A stretch of 42,858 nt of DNA from contig JBAPYY010000797.1 in assembly GCA_049284975.1 (NCBI GenBank), positions 1 through 42,858 on the forward strand, in the 5' to 3' direction. Both the position numbers and the translations under genes were made by a program. Source of the DNA: Terracidiphilus sp. Lineage in GTDB: Bacteria; Acidobacteriota; Terriglobia; Terriglobales; Acidobacteriaceae. Below the pieces are notes generated by a model. That model made no database searches, was not told the origin of the DNA, and saw nothing but the letters and a program-made list of their open reading frames with translations. Positions 1 through 9,333 of the stretch are shown here, piece after piece. Numbering within the stretch: the stretch's first letter is position 1; the number at the start of each line of letters is the position of its first letter.

Positions 1-861
1 TTCGGACACTGGCCGCACATGGTCGCCAATTGGCACCCGTTCATACCGAAGAACCAGGGTCATTTTGGCCAGTTTGGCTGGTCGGGCATCATGCGCGGCG
101 CGGGCGTGGTTTTCTTCGCGTATATCGGATTCGATGCAGTGTCCACCGCTGCGCAGGAGGCAAAGAACCCGCAGAAGGATATGCCGTTTGGGATTCTCGG
201 CTCGCTGATAATTTGCACGGTTCTTTACATCATTGTGGCCGGACTGCTGACCGGCCTCAAGTCGTATACCACTCTGAATGTCGCGGCTCCGGTTGCCGAT
301 GGCGCGGCTGAGATTGGCGTGCGGTGGGGTGTCCTGTTGATTGATCTTGGCGCCATCGCTGGGCTGGCCTCGGTGATGATGGTGATGCTGCTAGGTCAAT
401 CGCGCGTGCTTTACACCATGTCCCATGACGGATTGCTTTGGAAATGGGTGGGCACGATTCATCCTCGTTTCCGCACCCCTTATATTACTTCGATTGTGAT
501 GGGAATATTTGCAGCGTTTCTCGCGGCTTTTTTCCCCATCTCATTCCTCGGAGAACTGGTCAGCCTCGGCACACTGCTGGCGTTTACCATAGTCTGTCTG
601 GGCATTTGGATCATGCGCGTGAAACAACCCGATGTACCGCGGCCGTTCCGCACTCCATGGGTTCCCGTAGTGCCAATCTGCGGAATGATTGTTGCCATCG
701 CACTAATGGTTTCGCTCGACGCTCCTGCGTGGATTGGTTTCGGAAGCTGGCTGGTCGTGGGGCTTATCATTTATTTCACGTACAGCCGGAAGCATAGCCA
801 CGTGCGGAAGACGCTTGAGGCCGATGAGGCAAGAAGCCTGGACGCGCCAGCCAAACTCTGA
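1..861 (+). CDS. APC-superfamily amino acid permease (cationic amino acid transporter-like), 5'-truncated by the window edge
   Basis: Frame open from base 1; motifs FFAYIGFDAVSTAAQEAKNPQKDMP, GQSRVLYTMSHDGLL, HPRFRTP, RPFRTPWVP; many hydrophobic TM segments. Confidence 0.92.
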   Translation, partial: FGHWPHMVANWHPFIPKNQGHFGQFGWSGIMRGAGVVFFAYIGFDAVSTAAQEAKNPQKDMPFGILGSLIICTVLYIIVAGLLTGLKSYTTLNVAAPVADGAAEIGVRWGVLLIDLGAIAGLASVMMVMLLGQSRVLYTMSHDGLLWKWVGTIHPRFRTPYITSIVMGIFAAFLAAFFPISFLGELVSLGTLLAFTIVCLGIWIMRVKQPDVPRPFRTPWVPVVPICGMIVAIALMVSLDAPAWIGFGSWLVVGLIIYFTYSRKHSHVRKTLEADEARSLDAPAKL

Positions 862-924
862 GCAAGAATGGCATGAGCATGATTGCCCGCGTGGAGGAAG
901 CGTTCCTCCCGAGGAACGGATACT

Positions 925-955
925 CAGAACGGCCTCCCGCTCGGGGGCCGTTTTG
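925..955 (+). terminator. Probable intrinsic terminator after the permease
   Basis: AACGGCCTCC-cgctc-GGGGGCCGTT stem (928-937/943-952, one G-T pair) followed by T-rich bases. Confidence 0.6.
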
Positions 956-1038
956 CTTGATTGCAAGAAGTGTTTATCAGTGCTCTCAGCAGCGCCAAGT
1001 CTATTTGTCGATTCATTCCGAGGTGTAGCCTTTAATTG

Positions 1039-2133
1039 ATGCTTATTGAAGAAAACAAGTTGCTTGCGCCTTTCACAACCTTTGGAATAGGCGGGCCGGC
1101 GCGCTGGTTCATCGAGGCTGCAAGTGAAGAGGAGATTGCCGAGGCCGCTGCCTGGGCGGGTGAGCGCAGAGTGGCGCTGTTTGTATTGGGCGGGGGAAGC
1201 AATCTGCTGGTCTCTGACGCGGGATTCAACGGGCTGGTATTGCGGGTGGCTCTGCGCGGAATTACAACGACAGATGCGGCGTGCGAGTTGGGCAAGCCGG
1301 AGACGGCGAAGCGTGTAATTTATCAGGTAGCGGCCGGCGAAGACTGGGACGGCTTTGTCGAACGCACTGTGAAAGACAAATGTGCTGGCGTGGAGTGTCT
1401 GGCCGGGATTCCGGGCACAGTGGGTGGAACTCCGGTGCAAAATGTCGGCGCTTACGGGCAGGAGGTTGCCTCGGTTATTGAGCGGGTACGCACCTTCGAT
1501 CTGCGGGAGCACAAGACGAAAGAATTTGACGTAACCGAATGTGGCTTTGCCTATCGACATAGCCGTTTCAACTCGGCTGATCGCGGACGGTACATTGTTA
1601 CTCGTGTGGACTACCGGCTCACATTCGGCGGTGCGCCGACACTTCGCTACGCCGACTTGCAACGCGCCTTTCCTGACGACGAACAGCCGAGTCTCGCAGA
1701 AGTAGCGGCCCAGGTGCGGCGCATTCGCCAGACAAAAGGAATGTTGATTGTCGAGGGCGATCCTGATTGCCGCAGCGCAGGCAGCTTCTTCAAGAACCCG
1801 GTTGTCGATAAAGAACAGCTTCGCCAGATTGCAGCAGCGAGCGATAAGGCGCCGCCGCGCTTTCCTGCCGGACCCGGCACAGAGAATCTGGGGCGGGTCA
1901 AGGTTCCTGCGGCATGGTTGATAGAACAGGCCGGCTTCAATAAGGGATACGCACTGGGCGCTGCTGCAATCTCTACGCGGCACACCCTGGCTCTCGTAAA
2001 TCTTGGCGAACGGAATGGGCGCGGCGGGGCTAGCGCGGCGGAGATACTGACGCTTGCAAACCAGATTACTGCTGCGGTTGAGAAACGCTTTGGTATTCAG
2101 CTAGATATGGAGCCGGTGATGATGGGTTTCTGA
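1039..2133 (+). CDS. murB: UDP-N-acetylmuramate dehydrogenase
   Basis: TTFGIGGPA, VLGGGSNLL, GIPGTVGG.PVQNVGAYG, FAYRHSRF, SAGSFFKNP, FGIQLDMEP; ATG at 1039 (alternative TTG 1036). Confidence 0.96.
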   Translation: MLIEENKLLAPFTTFGIGGPARWFIEAASEEEIAEAAAWAGERRVALFVLGGGSNLLVSDAGFNGLVLRVALRGITTTDAACELGKPETAKRVIYQVAAGEDWDGFVERTVKDKCAGVECLAGIPGTVGGTPVQNVGAYGQEVASVIERVRTFDLREHKTKEFDVTECGFAYRHSRFNSADRGRYIVTRVDYRLTFGGAPTLRYADLQRAFPDDEQPSLAEVAAQVRRIRQTKGMLIVEGDPDCRSAGSFFKNPVVDKEQLRQIAAASDKAPPRFPAGPGTENLGRVKVPAAWLIEQAGFNKGYALGAAAISTRHTLALVNLGERNGRGGASAAEILTLANQITAAVEKRFGIQLDMEPVMMGF

Positions 2134-2351
2134 CCGGATTTGACCCTATTTTCACAGTTTTCGTCACAACTTTTCTTCTCGATCCGTGTCACTATGAGCA
2201 AAAGGGCTCATCCTGCCTCTCGGCGGTTTCCTTGGGTGAAGCTCTTGACAAGGCAGACGCATTGCACAAATTGCGTCGCTCCCGGATTGCAGCTCATTTC
2301 CCGAGTACGGGATGCTGAAGGTTAGCCCAGGATTCTGACCAAGGAGGACCA

Positions 2352-3431
2352 ATGCTCTCGACGCGAAAATTGCGCACATCTGCATTCGCTCTCATGGCCT
2401 TAGCGGTTCTGGCCTTTTACCCTGCCCAGAGTCGCGCGCAGGCAGCCCTGCTGATGGAGGAACCATACGGCTTTTTTGGCGCCGTAAATCCGACGGGACA
2501 CAACGCGATTTATTTCGATCACATCTGCGCCAAAACTCCGGTCAAGCTGCGCCGCTGCGACGCCGGCGAAATGGGCGTGGTCATCGCGCGCTACAAGGGC
2601 ATTGATGGGTACGATTGGGTGGCTGTGCCGCTTGTTCCGTACCTCTATTCGGTGGAGGACCCTTCTCAGGTTCCCGCGCACGTTGACCGCGCGACGGTGC
2701 GGCAACTCCGCGATCACTATCGCGAAGCCCATCTGCTCGGCCTGGGCCAACATTTGCAGGCCGGCGGATTTACGAGTGATGGCTGGACGCAACTGGTGGG
2801 TATTTCTTATGAGCGACGCATCTACGCTTTCCGCTTTGAGACCAGCGAGGAAGAGGATAACGCCTTTATTGCATACATGAACGATCGCAGGAATCGCTCA
2901 CACTTCAGCCTGCTGTTCAGCAACTGCTCGGACTTTGCGCGCTTCACACTTAATTTCTATTTCCCGGGCACCTTCAAGCGCAACGTATTTCCGGACGCGG
3001 GCTTGACCACGCCCAAACAGCTTGCCTACAAACTGGAGCGTTACGCGGCCCAGCATCCTGAGATGCATCTGGCAGTCTTCGAGATTCCGCAGATACCGGG
3101 CTATCGCCGCCCGAGCCGCAGGAACAAGAGCATAGCCGAATCGCTCTCCACGACAGGCTATGCCATTCCCATTGCGGTGTTGAATCCCTACCTTGCTGGA
3201 GGCCTGTTCGCGGATTATCTTGCGCGTGGCCGCCACCATCTCATTCCCAAACATCCGGAGATGCTGGCGCCCGATAATCTGCTGGCGTTGACAGCTTCAA
3301 CCGGAGCCGTGCAAAATCCCGATAGCGCGGGTGCGCAGGTCCCCGGCGCCGCTATCATCGGTACTGCGGAAATTCACGCTGCCGAGGCATCCAACTCCGG
3401 CCTGTCAGGAATCAAGGTTGCGCATGAGTAA
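2352..3431 (+). CDS. Exported hypothetical protein with His...Asn-Cys signature of permuted papain-like (DUF4105/LRAT-like) domains
   Basis: AAGGAGG RBS before ATG; signal peptide ending SRA-Q; TGHNAIY early and FSNCSDF later. Confidence 0.7.
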   Translation: MLSTRKLRTSAFALMALAVLAFYPAQSRAQAALLMEEPYGFFGAVNPTGHNAIYFDHICAKTPVKLRRCDAGEMGVVIARYKGIDGYDWVAVPLVPYLYSVEDPSQVPAHVDRATVRQLRDHYREAHLLGLGQHLQAGGFTSDGWTQLVGISYERRIYAFRFETSEEEDNAFIAYMNDRRNRSHFSLLFSNCSDFARFTLNFYFPGTFKRNVFPDAGLTTPKQLAYKLERYAAQHPEMHLAVFEIPQIPGYRRPSRRNKSIAESLSTTGYAIPIAVLNPYLAGGLFADYLARGRHHLIPKHPEMLAPDNLLALTASTGAVQNPDSAGAQVPGAAIIGTAEIHAAEASNSGLSGIKVAHE

Positions 3432-3870
3432 GTCTTCTTCGCAGAATCTCAAGAATCATGGGCGGATCGATCCGCAGTTCCACTTTGTTACGTTTTTCGT
3501 TCTGATTGCCAATCTGGTATTTGCGATCGCCCACTTGGTGCGCCACTGGGGCGATACTCCCGTCGCTGCAGCGTGGTTTGTGGTGCTTTCGGTGGCGGTG
3601 TTCGTTCCGTTCTTCAAGCTGCGAACCTATCCGCTGAAGGTGCAGGATCGTGTAATCAGGCTGGAGGAGCGGTTGCGTTTGCAGGCGTTGGCTCCCGCAG
3701 CGTGGCACGCGCAGATCTATCGCCTCACAGAAGACCAGTTGATTGGCTTGCGCTTCGCCGCGGATGACGAGGTGGTGGAGCTGGCCAAGCAGGCTCTGGA
3801 AGGCAACCTCAGCCGCAAACAGATCAAGGAACGCATCAAGAACTGGCGCGCAGACAACTGGCGGATTTGA
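3424..3870 (+). CDS. Small membrane protein, DUF6526-like
   Basis: ATG at 3424 overlaps the upstream stop; QNLKNH.R.DP.FHFV, two TM segments, RTYPLKVQDRVIRLEERLR, LIGLRFAADDE, IKNWRADNWRI. Confidence 0.8.
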   Translation: MSKSSSQNLKNHGRIDPQFHFVTFFVLIANLVFAIAHLVRHWGDTPVAAAWFVVLSVAVFVPFFKLRTYPLKVQDRVIRLEERLRLQALAPAAWHAQIYRLTEDQLIGLRFAADDEVVELAKQALEGNLSRKQIKERIKNWRADNWRI

Positions 3871-3912
3871 ATATCAGTCGATGATTGGCTACAGGGAAGT
3901 TCTGGAGCCAGG

Positions 3913-4437
3913 TCAGGGCTTCGCAGGCGAGACTGAGTAAGTCAGCATCAGAATGCCGCTCGGCAGCGCTTTGCTGCTTTGCAGATGAAGAGTTTGTCGC
4001 CGTCCCTCCGGTAACAGCGGTGTTCCGCTTCCAACCAGAACCGGCATTACCGCGACCTCGACGGTATCAACGAGCTCGGCATCCAACAGGGCACGAAAGA
4101 GAACTCCTCCGCCGAAAAGCCAAATGTCTTTGCCCGGCTCGCGCTTCATGGCAGCCACCGCTTCCGGAACGCCTGTGCTTAGAATGGTGATGCCGCGATG
4201 ATCTTCGGACTTCATCGTGCGTGAGACGACAATCCAGAGTTGCCCGAAGCTATCCCATGATTTGCCTTTTGCACTGGCGACTTCGTAGGTTCGCCGGCCC
4301 ATCAGAAGGATGTCGTACTCGGCGAACATAGCCGCAAAATCGATCTCTGGATCGGAGACAATCCAGTCGTACTCGCCGCTTGGACCGGCGATGAAGCCAT
4401 CCAGGCTCATTGCCACTCCATAACGCAGGCGTCGCAT
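3913..4437 (-). CDS. Dihydrofolate reductase family / RibD C-terminal domain protein
   Basis: AMSLDGFIAG, LLMGRRTYE, DIWLFGGG, VMPVLVGSG.PL; TAATG overlap with the acs stop. Confidence 0.9.
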   Translation of the reverse strand: MRRLRYGVAMSLDGFIAGPSGEYDWIVSDPEIDFAAMFAEYDILLMGRRTYEVASAKGKSWDSFGQLWIVVSRTMKSEDHRGITILSTGVPEAVAAMKREPGKDIWLFGGGVLFRALLDAELVDTVEVAVMPVLVGSGTPLLPEGRRQTLHLQSSKALPSGILMLTYSVSPAKP

Positions 4438-6434
4438 TACCCTTCCTCCGCCTCGCGCAGCTTGGCGATGACCGTAAAGTCTTCGAGGGTCGTGGTGTCG
4501 CCCTTAATCTCGCCGTGAGTGGCGAGTTCCCTAAGCAGGCGGCGCATGATCTTGCCGCTGCGAGTTTTGGGCAAGGCTTCGGTGAAGCGGATATCGTCGG
4601 GGCGGGCGAGGGAGCCTATCTCCTTCGAGACCCACTTGCGCAATTCGTCTTTTAACTCTTCGCTGGGCTGGTTGCCGCTTTCGAGAGAGACGAATGCCGA
4701 GATGGCTTGGCCTTTAAGTTCGTCTGGACGGCCCACAACGGCGGCTTCAGCTACTTTGGGGTGCGCGACCAAGGCCGATTCGACCTCCATGGTGCCGAGG
4801 CGATGACCGCTGACGTTGATGACATCATCCACACGGCCCATCAGCCAGAAGTAGCCGTCGGCGTCTTGGCGTGCGCCGTCGCCAGTGAAGTAACAACCCT
4901 CAATGTCGCTCCAATAGGTCTTCTTAAATCGCTCTGGGTCGCCGTAAATGGTGCGGGCCATCGAAGGCCAGGGCTTGCGCACAATGAGCAGACCGCCGTG
5001 GCCGGCGGGCACCGACTGGCCCTCCTTGTTGACCACCTCGGGCTGAATGCCGAAGAAAGGCCGCGTGGCTGAGCCGGGTTTGGTAGGCACCGCACCGGGA
5101 ATGGGCGCAATGAGGATGGCTCCGGTTTCAGTTTGCCACCAGGTATCGACGATCGGGCAGCGGTTGTGGCCAATCTTCTCGCGATACCACATCCAGGCTT
5201 CAGGGTTGATGGGCTCTCCGACTGTGCCGAGCAGACGCAGCGAATCCAGGGAATGCTTTTCGACGTGCTGGTCGCCCCACTTGATGAAGGCGCGGATGGC
5301 GGTGGGCGCGGTATAAAAGACGGTGATCTTGTGGTCGTCAATGATCTTCCAGAAACGGGAAAAGTCGGGCCAGTTGGGAGCGCCCTCGTACATCATCACT
5401 GTGGCGCCATTTTGCAACGGGCCGTAGACGACATATGAGTGCCCCGTGACCCAGCCAATGTCGGCCGTGCACCAGTAAATGTCCTCGTCTCGCAAGTCGA
5501 AAACGTATTTTGACGTGATGTAGGTCTGTACGGCATAGCCGCCGGTGGTGTGAACCAGTCCCTTGGGCTTGCCCGTGGTGCCCGAGGTATAAAGAATGTA
5601 AAGCGGATCTTCGGAGTCCAGCTCTTCAGCGGGGCAATCAGGTGCGGCAGCAGCCATGAGGTCGTGCCACCAATGGTCACGGCCGTCAATCATTTTCACT
5701 GGAGAGCCGGAACGGCGAAGGACGACCACATGCTTGACGGTGTGGCAAGCGTTCATGGCTTCGTCCACGGTGCGCTTGAGCTGGATTTCGCTACCGCGCC
5801 TAAAGCTCGAGTCCTGTGTGAGAATGGCGACACAGCCGGAATCGTTGACGCGGTCGGCGATAGCGTTGGCTGCAAATCCACCAAAGATGACCGAGTGAAT
5901 GGCACCGATCCGCGCGCAGGCCAGCAGGGCAATGGCCAGCTCTGGGGTCATTCCCATATAGACGGCTACGCGGTCACCTTTGCGAATGCCCAGCGCCTTG
6001 AGTGCGTTGGCGAAGTGCTGCACCTCCACGTACAGCTCGGCGTAAGTGAGCCGCCGCACCTCGCCTGGCTCACCCTCCCAGATCAGCGCGGTTTTATTAC
6101 GGCGTTCTCCGAGCGCATGGCGATCCACGCAGTTGTAGCAAAGGTTTAACTTTCCGCCTACAAACCATTGAGCAGAAGGGAGATTCCATTCCAAGACCTT
6201 ATCCCATTGCTTGAACCAATGCAGATCCTGGGCGACATCGGCCCAGAAGGCCTCGGGGTTGTCAATGGACTGCTTGTAAAGAGCCTCGTACTGCTCCAGG
6301 CTCTGGATATGAGCCTTGGCGCTGAACTCCGGCGGCGGCGGAAAGACACGGTTTTCACGCAGCGTAGAGTCGATGTCCTGACTGGCAAGCGCCACAGCGG
6401 AACTGGCAACGGCGGAAACGGGCAGGGAAGACAT
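4437..6434 (-). CDS. acs: AMP-forming acetate--CoA ligase (acetyl-CoA synthetase)
   Basis: [14 protein letters not shown]-binding loop, [53 protein letters not shown] at 6434 preceded by AAAGGA. Confidence 0.96.
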   Translation of the reverse strand: MSSLPVSAVASSAVALASQDIDSTLRENRVFPPPPEFSAKAHIQSLEQYEALYKQSIDNPEAFWADVAQDLHWFKQWDKVLEWNLPSAQWFVGGKLNLCYNCVDRHALGERRNKTALIWEGEPGEVRRLTYAELYVEVQHFANALKALGIRKGDRVAVYMGMTPELAIALLACARIGAIHSVIFGGFAANAIADRVNDSGCVAILTQDSSFRRGSEIQLKRTVDEAMNACHTVKHVVVLRRSGSPVKMIDGRDHWWHDLMAAAAPDCPAEELDSEDPLYILYTSGTTGKPKGLVHTTGGYAVQTYITSKYVFDLRDEDIYWCTADIGWVTGHSYVVYGPLQNGATVMMYEGAPNWPDFSRFWKIIDDHKITVFYTAPTAIRAFIKWGDQHVEKHSLDSLRLLGTVGEPINPEAWMWYREKIGHNRCPIVDTWWQTETGAILIAPIPGAVPTKPGSATRPFFGIQPEVVNKEGQSVPAGHGGLLIVRKPWPSMARTIYGDPERFKKTYWSDIEGCYFTGDGARQDADGYFWLMGRVDDVINVSGHRLGTMEVESALVAHPKVAEAAVVGRPDELKGQAISAFVSLESGNQPSEELKDELRKWVSKEIGSLARPDDIRFTEALPKTRSGKIMRRLLRELATHGEIKGDTTTLEDFTVIAKLREAEEG

Positions 6435-6583
6435 GCAAGATCCTTTGGGAATGAAGAATCGAAACATCTCAAGGCAGACCGCGCGCGCACTCCCACAGAG
6501 ACTGCGCCTTGGGAACACTTTACCGACACCAGTACATAAACGGCAAGTGGGTTCCCAAAAGGAGTTCGCAAGACGCAGCACTA

Positions 6584-7597
6584 TTATTGTGCGAACCGTT
6601 TCTGGTGCCAGACCCAGGCGGTGCGAACGATTTCGTCGAGCTGCGTGTAGCGAGGCTTCCAGCCCAGTTCCCTTATGGCTTTTTCAGAGCTGGCAACCAG
6701 CACTGCGGGATCGCCGGGTCGGCGAGGATGGGTTTCGGCGGGGATGGGGTGGCCCGTGACGCGGCGAGCCGATTCGATGACCTCTCGGACGCTGAAGCCG
6801 TGCCCAATACCGAGGTTGAAGATAAGGCCTGCGGTTGCGGCAGCCGGAGTTCCCAGGGCCTTCAGAGCGAGCAAATGCGCATCTGCCAAGTCGGAGACGT
6901 GGATGTAGTCGCGGATGCAGGTGCCGTCGGGGGTAGGATAGTCGTCGCCATAGATGCGAATGGACGAGCGACGGCCAAGGGCAATATCGAGGACGAGTGG
7001 AATAAGGTGTGACTCGGGGTGGTGGGCCTCGCCCCGGGTGATGCCGTCTGCGCCCTCTGGAGCGCCGGCGACATTGAAGTAGCGCAGGGAGGCATAGCGC
7101 AAGCCATGAATTCGGTGTAACCAGCCGAGCATCTGCTCGACCAGCAGCTTGGAGGCGCCATAAGCATTCGTCGGAAGCAGGCGGGCATCCTCTTTGATTG
7201 GAACCGTTTCCGGCTCGCCATAGACGGCGGCCGTGGAGGAGAAGACCAGCCTGCGCGGCCCGTGCGCGAGCATAGCCTCCAGCAAGGACAGGGTGGATGC
7301 GGTGTTATTGCGGAAAAACTGTTCCGGGTGCAGCATGGACTCCCCGGCTTCAATGAGGGCGGCAAAGTGCATTACGCCGTCAAACGGCTTTCCTTGCTCC
7401 TTCGCCGAGGAAAAAATATTCTCGAGCGCCGGGCGGTCTGCCAGTTCTCCCTGGATGAAGTTCACGCCTGGCGGCAGCAGGTCCCGGTGGCCATGACTCA
7501 GGTTGTCAAAAATTACCGCTTGATGCCCATTATTGGCCAGCAAGGCTGCGACAGTACCACCTATATACCCCGCACCACCTGTTACCAGAATCTTCAT
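6584..7597 (-). CDS. galE: UDP-glucose 4-epimerase
   Basis: [64 protein letters not shown]. Confidence 0.95.
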   Translation of the reverse strand: MKILVTGGAGYIGGTVAALLANNGHQAVIFDNLSHGHRDLLPPGVNFIQGELADRPALENIFSSAKEQGKPFDGVMHFAALIEAGESMLHPEQFFRNNTASTLSLLEAMLAHGPRRLVFSSTAAVYGEPETVPIKEDARLLPTNAYGASKLLVEQMLGWLHRIHGLRYASLRYFNVAGAPEGADGITRGEAHHPESHLIPLVLDIALGRRSSIRIYGDDYPTPDGTCIRDYIHVSDLADAHLLALKALGTPAAATAGLIFNLGIGHGFSVREVIESARRVTGHPIPAETHPRRPGDPAVLVASSEKAIRELGWKPRYTQLDEIVRTAWVWHQKRFAQ

Positions 7598-7610
7598 AAT
7601 AAAGCCTTTC

Positions 7611-7683
7611 CTTCCCGGCAAACTTTGGTTTAACCTAAGAGACAGCCGTCACTTCCCAAAAACTTTGGTTTAGCCTAAAGTTT
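7611..7683. repeat. Two near-identical direct repeats with 40-bp period just upstream of galE (candidate operator pair)
   Basis: AAACTTTGGTTTAACCTAA (7620-7638) and AAACTTTGGTTTAGCCTAA (7660-7678), 18/19 identical, each preceded by CTTCCC. Confidence 0.8.
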
Positions 7684-8164
7684 ATTACAGAGGGCATGAC
7701 GGAGTGGGCCTGACGCTGCTTCGATCAGACCGTCGATAAGGACGGCTTGCCGTTTCCCATATCTGCGCTGCCTGTGGCTACGCTGAGTATGACTGAGGTT
7801 GAGGCCATGCTGGCGGAGGGCCGGGAGCGGAAACCTTCCTCCCGTGAAGGGATTGTTCTTCTGATGTATGCCCTGGGCGCAAATCGGAGTATTGGGATGT
7901 CCAGAGTTCATGCATCCGGCAGTCCGCACTACTTAGAGGATAGCGAGCCAGGGTCTGGCGGGCTGTGCGCTATTATTTCTAGAGCCGTTGGCGAAAGACA
8001 TGAATCACGAATTCTCTCTTTCCCTATTCGAATAATGCGAGAGCAATTTGAATCCGATATGACCGTCGGCCTCTGCGGGGCTGTTTCATCCGCAGCCGGG
8101 TCTTGCAGGACATTGTGGACGCCAAAGCGCGCGGCCCTGATGGCCGAAAGCGAGGAATGAAGAA

Positions 8165-9229
8165 ATGGCAGAGAAGCCTCTTTCAGGGCCGGCCACAACC
8201 GGACGGGCAACTTTCGGATTACTTCCAGAAGCCGAGCGGAGCGTCGGCTCTTTTATCACCAGTATGGCGATCAACGGCTTGATGCTGTCACTTTTTCTTT
8301 ATCTTGGAGCGGCGGCCAGAAAGACGATTGATCAACACAGGCATGAAGAGACGCTGTTGATTTTGCCAACCAACCCTCCTCCCCAGCCCAAGCCGAAGAT
8401 TCCGCCTCCGCCTCCAATAAAGGATCCGCCGAAGCTCGTGGAGGTGAAGTTTGAGGCGCCGAAAATCAGAATGCCCAAGCCGGAGCCGAAGCCGGACTTG
8501 AAACCGATCCAGATGGAAGCCAAGCTGGCGATGCCCGTCATCAAGGAAGCCAAGCCGGCGGTGATTCTGTCGCCGCAGCCCAAGTCGGCGCTAGCCGCGG
8601 CGGCTATGCCGGCACAAGACAACCGCCAAAAACCCTCGACTGCTCCGGTGCATTTTGGCCAGACCTTTGGCGTCACGCCCAATCCGAATGCCACGCGGCC
8701 AGCCACGGTGGCGGCCATCGGCAACCCTTATGGGGGCATGCGCGGTCCGGCAGTTGCTCCGCACGGTTTGGTGGGCTCGACAGGTTTTGGCAATGGAACC
8801 AAGTTCGGATCGAATGCGGGAGTGGTAGGAAAAGTGGCCTCGGCGCCGGTTCCTGGCACCATGAATGCTGCTTCTACGAACTTGACGGCCAAGGTTGCGT
8901 CGGTAGGCATTCCGACTGCGACCGTTGTGCGGACTCCGGTCGCCGCGAAGGTGGTTCTGTCCAGCACGCAGCCGGAGGTTTCCATCCCGAAACCAACGTA
9001 TACCGATGAGGCACGTCACCTGAAGATTCAAGGCAATGTGGTGTTGCGCGTGACCTTCTTCGCCAACGGCCAGATACAGGTTCTCGGTGTGCTGCAAGGG
9101 CTGGGTCACGGATTGGACGAGCAGGCCCGCAGTGCCGTGCAACAGGGGCGGGTACTCCGCCCGGCAACGCGCAACGGCCAGGCAGTGAACATGACGACTA
9201 ACATCACTATTACGTTTCAGTTAGCGTAA
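8165..9229 (+). CDS. Energy transducer TonB-family protein
   Basis: Single N-terminal TM (MAINGLMLSLFLYLGA), Pro/Lys-rich linker, C-terminal TonB domain PKPTYTDEARHLKIQGNVVLRVTF...GLGHGLDEQA...PATRNGQAV. Confidence 0.88.
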   Translation: MAEKPLSGPATTGRATFGLLPEAERSVGSFITSMAINGLMLSLFLYLGAAARKTIDQHRHEETLLILPTNPPPQPKPKIPPPPPIKDPPKLVEVKFEAPKIRMPKPEPKPDLKPIQMEAKLAMPVIKEAKPAVILSPQPKSALAAAAMPAQDNRQKPSTAPVHFGQTFGVTPNPNATRPATVAAIGNPYGGMRGPAVAPHGLVGSTGFGNGTKFGSNAGVVGKVASAPVPGTMNAASTNLTAKVASVGIPTATVVRTPVAAKVVLSSTQPEVSIPKPTYTDEARHLKIQGNVVLRVTFFANGQIQVLGVLQGLGHGLDEQARSAVQQGRVLRPATRNGQAVNMTTNITITFQLA

Positions 9230-9333
9230 TATCGAAGTTGCACGCAAGACCCATAGTTGCTCTCAGCCGCAGGAAGCCGGAATGGTGCAAGCGGCCAGAG
9301 GAAGACGTGGAAAAGACAGCTTAGGAGCCTGAC

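Noticed and set aside
703..1983. 426-aa minus-strand ORF and similar long antisense ORFs (12381-13352, 14963-15691, 37148-38119)
   Set aside because: They lie opposite well-supported genes (murB, ftsH, tilS, hoxU/F), have no recognisable motifs and are expected shadows in GC-rich DNA
6435..6581. N-terminal extensions in the ORF track for acs (also hoxY, nifJ, galE, the DUF6526-like gene)
   Set aside because: Downstream ATGs with RBS or stop-start overlaps fit family N-termini better
7747..8160. 137-aa ORF upstream of the TonB-like gene
   Set aside because: TTG start without a clear RBS, no motif and atypical composition; treated as intergenic
8136..8165. CTGATGGCCGAAAG resembling a hammerhead ribozyme core
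   Set aside because: Lacks the required CUGANGA plus stem II and flanking helices
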